NCBI GenBank assembly: GCA_030390025.1
Contig: CM059432.1
Location: 24,616,001 to 24,680,000 of the forward strand
Direction of reading: 5' to 3'
DNA from: Squalus acanthias
Taxonomy: Eukaryota
Length of the DNA: 64,000 nt
The notes below the pieces were generated by a model. That model searched no databases, had not been told where the DNA came from, and saw nothing but the letters and a program-made list of their open reading frames with translations. Made by a program: the position numbers and the translations under genes. Numbering within the stretch: the first letter of the stretch is position 1; the number at the start of each line of letters is the position of its first letter. Positions 60,565-64,000 of this stretch are shown here, one piece after another.

Positions 60565-63400
60565 TCAGTACCCTGTCCCTGCTTTCTCCCCATATCCCTT
60601 GATCTCTTTAGTCTTAAGAAATATATCTAACTCCTTCTTGAATATATTTAATGAATTGGCCTCAACTGCCTTCTGTGGTAGAGAATTCCACAGGTTCACC
60701 ACTCTCTGGGTGAAGAAATTCCTCCTCATCTCAGTCCTAAATGGCTTACCCCTTATCCTTAGACTGTGACTCCTGGTTCTGGACTCCCCCGCCATCGGGA
60801 ACATCCTTCCTGCATCTAGTCTGTCTAGTCCTGTTAGAATTTTATAAGTTTCAATGAGATCCCCTCTCATTCTTCTAAACTCTAGCGAATATAAGCCTAA
60901 TCGACCCAATCTCTCTTCATACGTCATTCCTGCCATCCCAGGTATCAGTCTGGTGAATCTTTGCTGAACTCCCTCCATGGCAAGAACATCCTTCCTCAGA
61001 TAAGGCGACCAAAACTGCACACAATACTCAAGGTGTGGTCTCACCAAGGCCCTGTACAACTGCAGCAAGACATCCTTGCTCCTGTACTCGAATCCTCTCG
61101 CTATGAAGGCCAACATACCATTTGCCTTCTTAACCGTCTGCTGCACCTGCATGCTTACCTTCATCAACTGGTGCACAAGGACACCCAGGTCTCGCTGCAC
61201 TTCCCTTTTCCCAATCTATTGCCGTTCAGATAATAATCTGTCTTCCTGTTTTTGCCACCAAAGTGGATAACCGCGCATTTATCCATATTATACTGCATCT
61301 GCCATGCATCTGCCCAATCACCCAACCTGTCCAAATCATACTGGAGTTTTTCTGCATCCTCCTCACAGCACACACACACACCCAGCTTTGTGTCATCTGC
61401 AAACTTGGAGATATTACATCTAGTTCCCTCGTCTAGATCATTGATATATATTGTGAATAGCTGGGGTCCTAGCACCGATCCCTGCAGTACCCTACTAGTC
61501 ACTGCCTGCCACTTGGAAAAAGACCCGTTTATTCCAACTCTTTGCTTCCTGTCTGCCAACCAGTTCTCTATCCAAGTCAGTACCTTACCCCCAATCCCAT
61601 GTGCTTTAACTTTGCATGCTAATCTCTTATGCGGGACCTTATTGAAAGCCTTCTGAAAGTCCAAATACACCACATCCACTAGTTCTCCCTTATCAATTCT
61701 ACCAGTTACATCCTCAAAAAATTCCAGTAGATTAGTCAAGCATGATTTACCTTTTGTAAATCCATGTTGACTTTGTCCGATCCTGTCACTGTTTTCCAAG
61801 TGCTCTGCTATTACATCTTTTATTATGGACTCTAGCATTTTCCCCACTACCGATGTCAGGCTTACCAGTCTATAATTCCCCATTTTCTCTCTAACACCTT
61901 TTTTCAAAAGTGGGGTTACATTAGCTACCCTCCAATCCATGGGAACTGTTCCAGAGTCTATAGAATTTTGGAAGATGACTAGCAATGCATCTACTATTTC
62001 TAGGGCCACTTCCTTAAGTACCCTAGGATGTAGATTATCAGGCCCTGGGGATTTATCGGCCTTCAATCCCGTCAATTTCCCGAACACCATTTCCCTACAA
62101 ATACTGATTTCATTCAGTTCCTCCCTCTCATTAGACCCTATGTTCCCCGACATCTCTGGGAGGTTATTTGTGCCCTCCTTTGTGAAGACAGAACCAAAGT
62201 ATGTATTTAATTGGTTTCTCATTTCTTTGTTCCCCATTATAAATCCCCCTGATTCTGACTTTGCCAATCTTTTTCTCTTCTCATATCTATAGAAGCTTTT
62301 ACAGTTAGTTTTTATGTTCCCTGCAAACTCACTCTCATATTTTATTTCCCCCCTCTTAATTAATCCCTTTGTCCTCCTTTGCTGAATCCTAAACTGCTCC
62401 CAATCCTCAGGTTTGCTGCTTTTTCTGGCCAATTTATATCTCCTCTCCTTGGATCTTATGCTATCCCTAATTTCCCTTGTTAGCCACGGTTGAGTCACCT
62501 TTTTTGTTTTATTTTTATTCCAAACAGGGACGAACAAATTCTGTAATTCATCCATGCAATCTTTACATGTTTGCCATTGCCTATCCACCGTCAACCCTTT
62601 AAGTAACATTCCCCAATCCATCCTAGCCAACTTGCACCTCATACCATCGTCGTTTCCTTTATTTAAATTCAGGACCCTAGTCTCTGAGTCAACTACTTCA
62701 CTCTCCATCTTAATGAAGAATTCTATCATATTATGATTTCTCCTCCCCAAGGGGCCTCGCACAATAAGTTTGCTAATTAATCCTTTCTCATTACATAATA
62801 CCCAGTCTAAGATGGCCTGATCTCTAGTTGGTTCCTCGACATATTGGTCCAGGAAACCATCCCGTATACACTCTAGGAATTCCTCCTCCACAGTATTGTT
62901 ACTAATTTGGTTAGCCCAATCTATATGTAGATTAAAGTCACCCATGATAACTGCAGTGCCCTTATTGCACGCGTCTCTAATTTCCCATTTAATGCCATCC
63001 CTAACCTCAGCATTACTGTTTGGGGGTCTGTATACAACTCCCACTAACGTTTTCTGCCCCTTGGCATTTCTCAGCTCTACCCATACAGATTCCACATCAT
63101 CAGAGCTAATATCCTTCCTTACTATTGTGTTAATCTCCTCTTTAACCAGCAATGCTACCCCACCTCCTTTTCCTTTTTGCCTGTCCTTCCTGAATATTGA
63201 ATACCCCTGGATGTTGAATTCCCAGCCTTGGTCACCCTGGAGCCATGTCTCCGTAAACCCAATTATATCATATCCGTTTACATATATTTGCGCAGCTAAT
63301 TCATCCACCTTATTACGAATGCTCCTCGCATTAAGACAAAAAGCCTTCAGGCTTGTTTTTTTAACACTCTTAGTCCTTTTCGAATTATTATTTACTGTAA
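60565..63400 (-). pseudogene. CR1 ORF2, AP endonuclease plus reverse transcriptase, one frameshift near 61200 (start approximate)
   Basis: LNARSI, TETW, GVVYRPP, MGDFN, LDWVL (APE). YLDFQKAF, QGSVLGP, FADD (RT). The SDH motif reads RNH. Confidence 0.93.
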
Positions 63401-63526
63401 CCCTGTTTGATTTACACCCTTGATTTCTCTGCCTTCCACTTTTGCTTTTCTCCTTCCTGTCTTTTGTTTCTATCCTTGATTCCCTTTTCTCTGTCTCCCT
63501 GCACAGGTTTTCAACCCCCTGCCATT

Positions 63527-64000
63527 TTAGTTTAAACCCTCCCCAACAGCACCAGCAAACACTCCCCCTAGGACATCGGTCCCGGTCCTGCCCAGGTGCA
63601 AACCGTCCAGTTTGTACTGGTCCCACCTCCCCCAGAACCGGTTCCAATGTCCCAGGAATTTGAATCCCTCCCCCTTGCACCATTCCACTAGCCACGTATT
63701 CACCTGAAATATCTTTCTATTTCTACTCTGACTAGCACGTGGCACTGGTAGCAATCCTGAGATTACTACCTTTGAGGTCCTATTTTTTAATTTACCTCCT
63801 AACTCCCTATATTCAGCTTTTAGGACCTCATCCTGTTTTTTACCTATATTGTTGGTACCTATATGCACCACGACAACTGGCTGTTCACCCTCCCCCCTCC
63901 AGAATGCCCTGCAGCTGCCCCGAGACATCCTAGACCCTTGCACCAGGGAGGCAACATACCATCCTGGAGTCTCGTTTGCGGCCACAGAAACGCCTATCTA
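63527..64000 (-). pseudogene. CR1 ORF1 C-terminal SGNH/GDSL esterase domain, frameshifted, partial
   Basis: VVVVHIGTNNI (block III), VVISGLLPVP, DGLHL (block V). Confidence 0.88.

Larger units (their letters stand above)
60472..64000 (-). mobile_element. Near full-length CR1 LINE (5' end beyond the window), inserted in a Deu-SINE
   Basis: ORF1 esterase, ORF2 APE-RT, 3' UTR and a (TTCTATGT)-type tail. Confidence 0.97.

Noticed and set aside
61252..63423. Several plus-strand ORFs of 60-175 aa
   Set aside because: Antisense shadows of CR1 ORF2.
63400..63695. N-terminal extension of the 843-aa ORF2
   Set aside because: Overlaps ORF1 in another frame. Homology to the endonuclease starts only near SLKAFCLNARS.

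Overview
Eukaryotic, repeat-dominated, largely non-coding DNA. The repeat set points to a cartilaginous fish (inference, not proven). It comprises CR1 LINEs with an SGNH-esterase ORF1 and short tandem 3' tails, tRNA/Deu-domain SINEs with an L2 tail, Penelope-like pieces and many PIF/Harbinger elements. There are no prokaryotic genes, rRNA, intact tRNA or CRISPR array, and no host protein-coding gene that I can name. Main contents: (1) many CR1 fragments and one nearly full-length, frameshifted CR1 running off the right end; (2) two decayed Harbinger transposons that keep a convergent Myb/SANT gene and a transposase stub, plus about ten non-autonomous TIR elements, several with 3-bp TSDs; (3) two near-identical 744-bp MITEs inserted in opposite orientation 34 bp apart inside one CR1, each with its own AAT TSD, giving a 1.5-kb near-perfect palindrome (14015-15536); (4) Penelope-derived termini with minimal hammerhead-ribozyme cores; (5) a perfect 31-bp-stem hairpin in unique DNA; (6) several unassigned exon-like segments. 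Boundaries of old repeats are approximate. MITE, TSD and hairpin coordinates were counted by hand.
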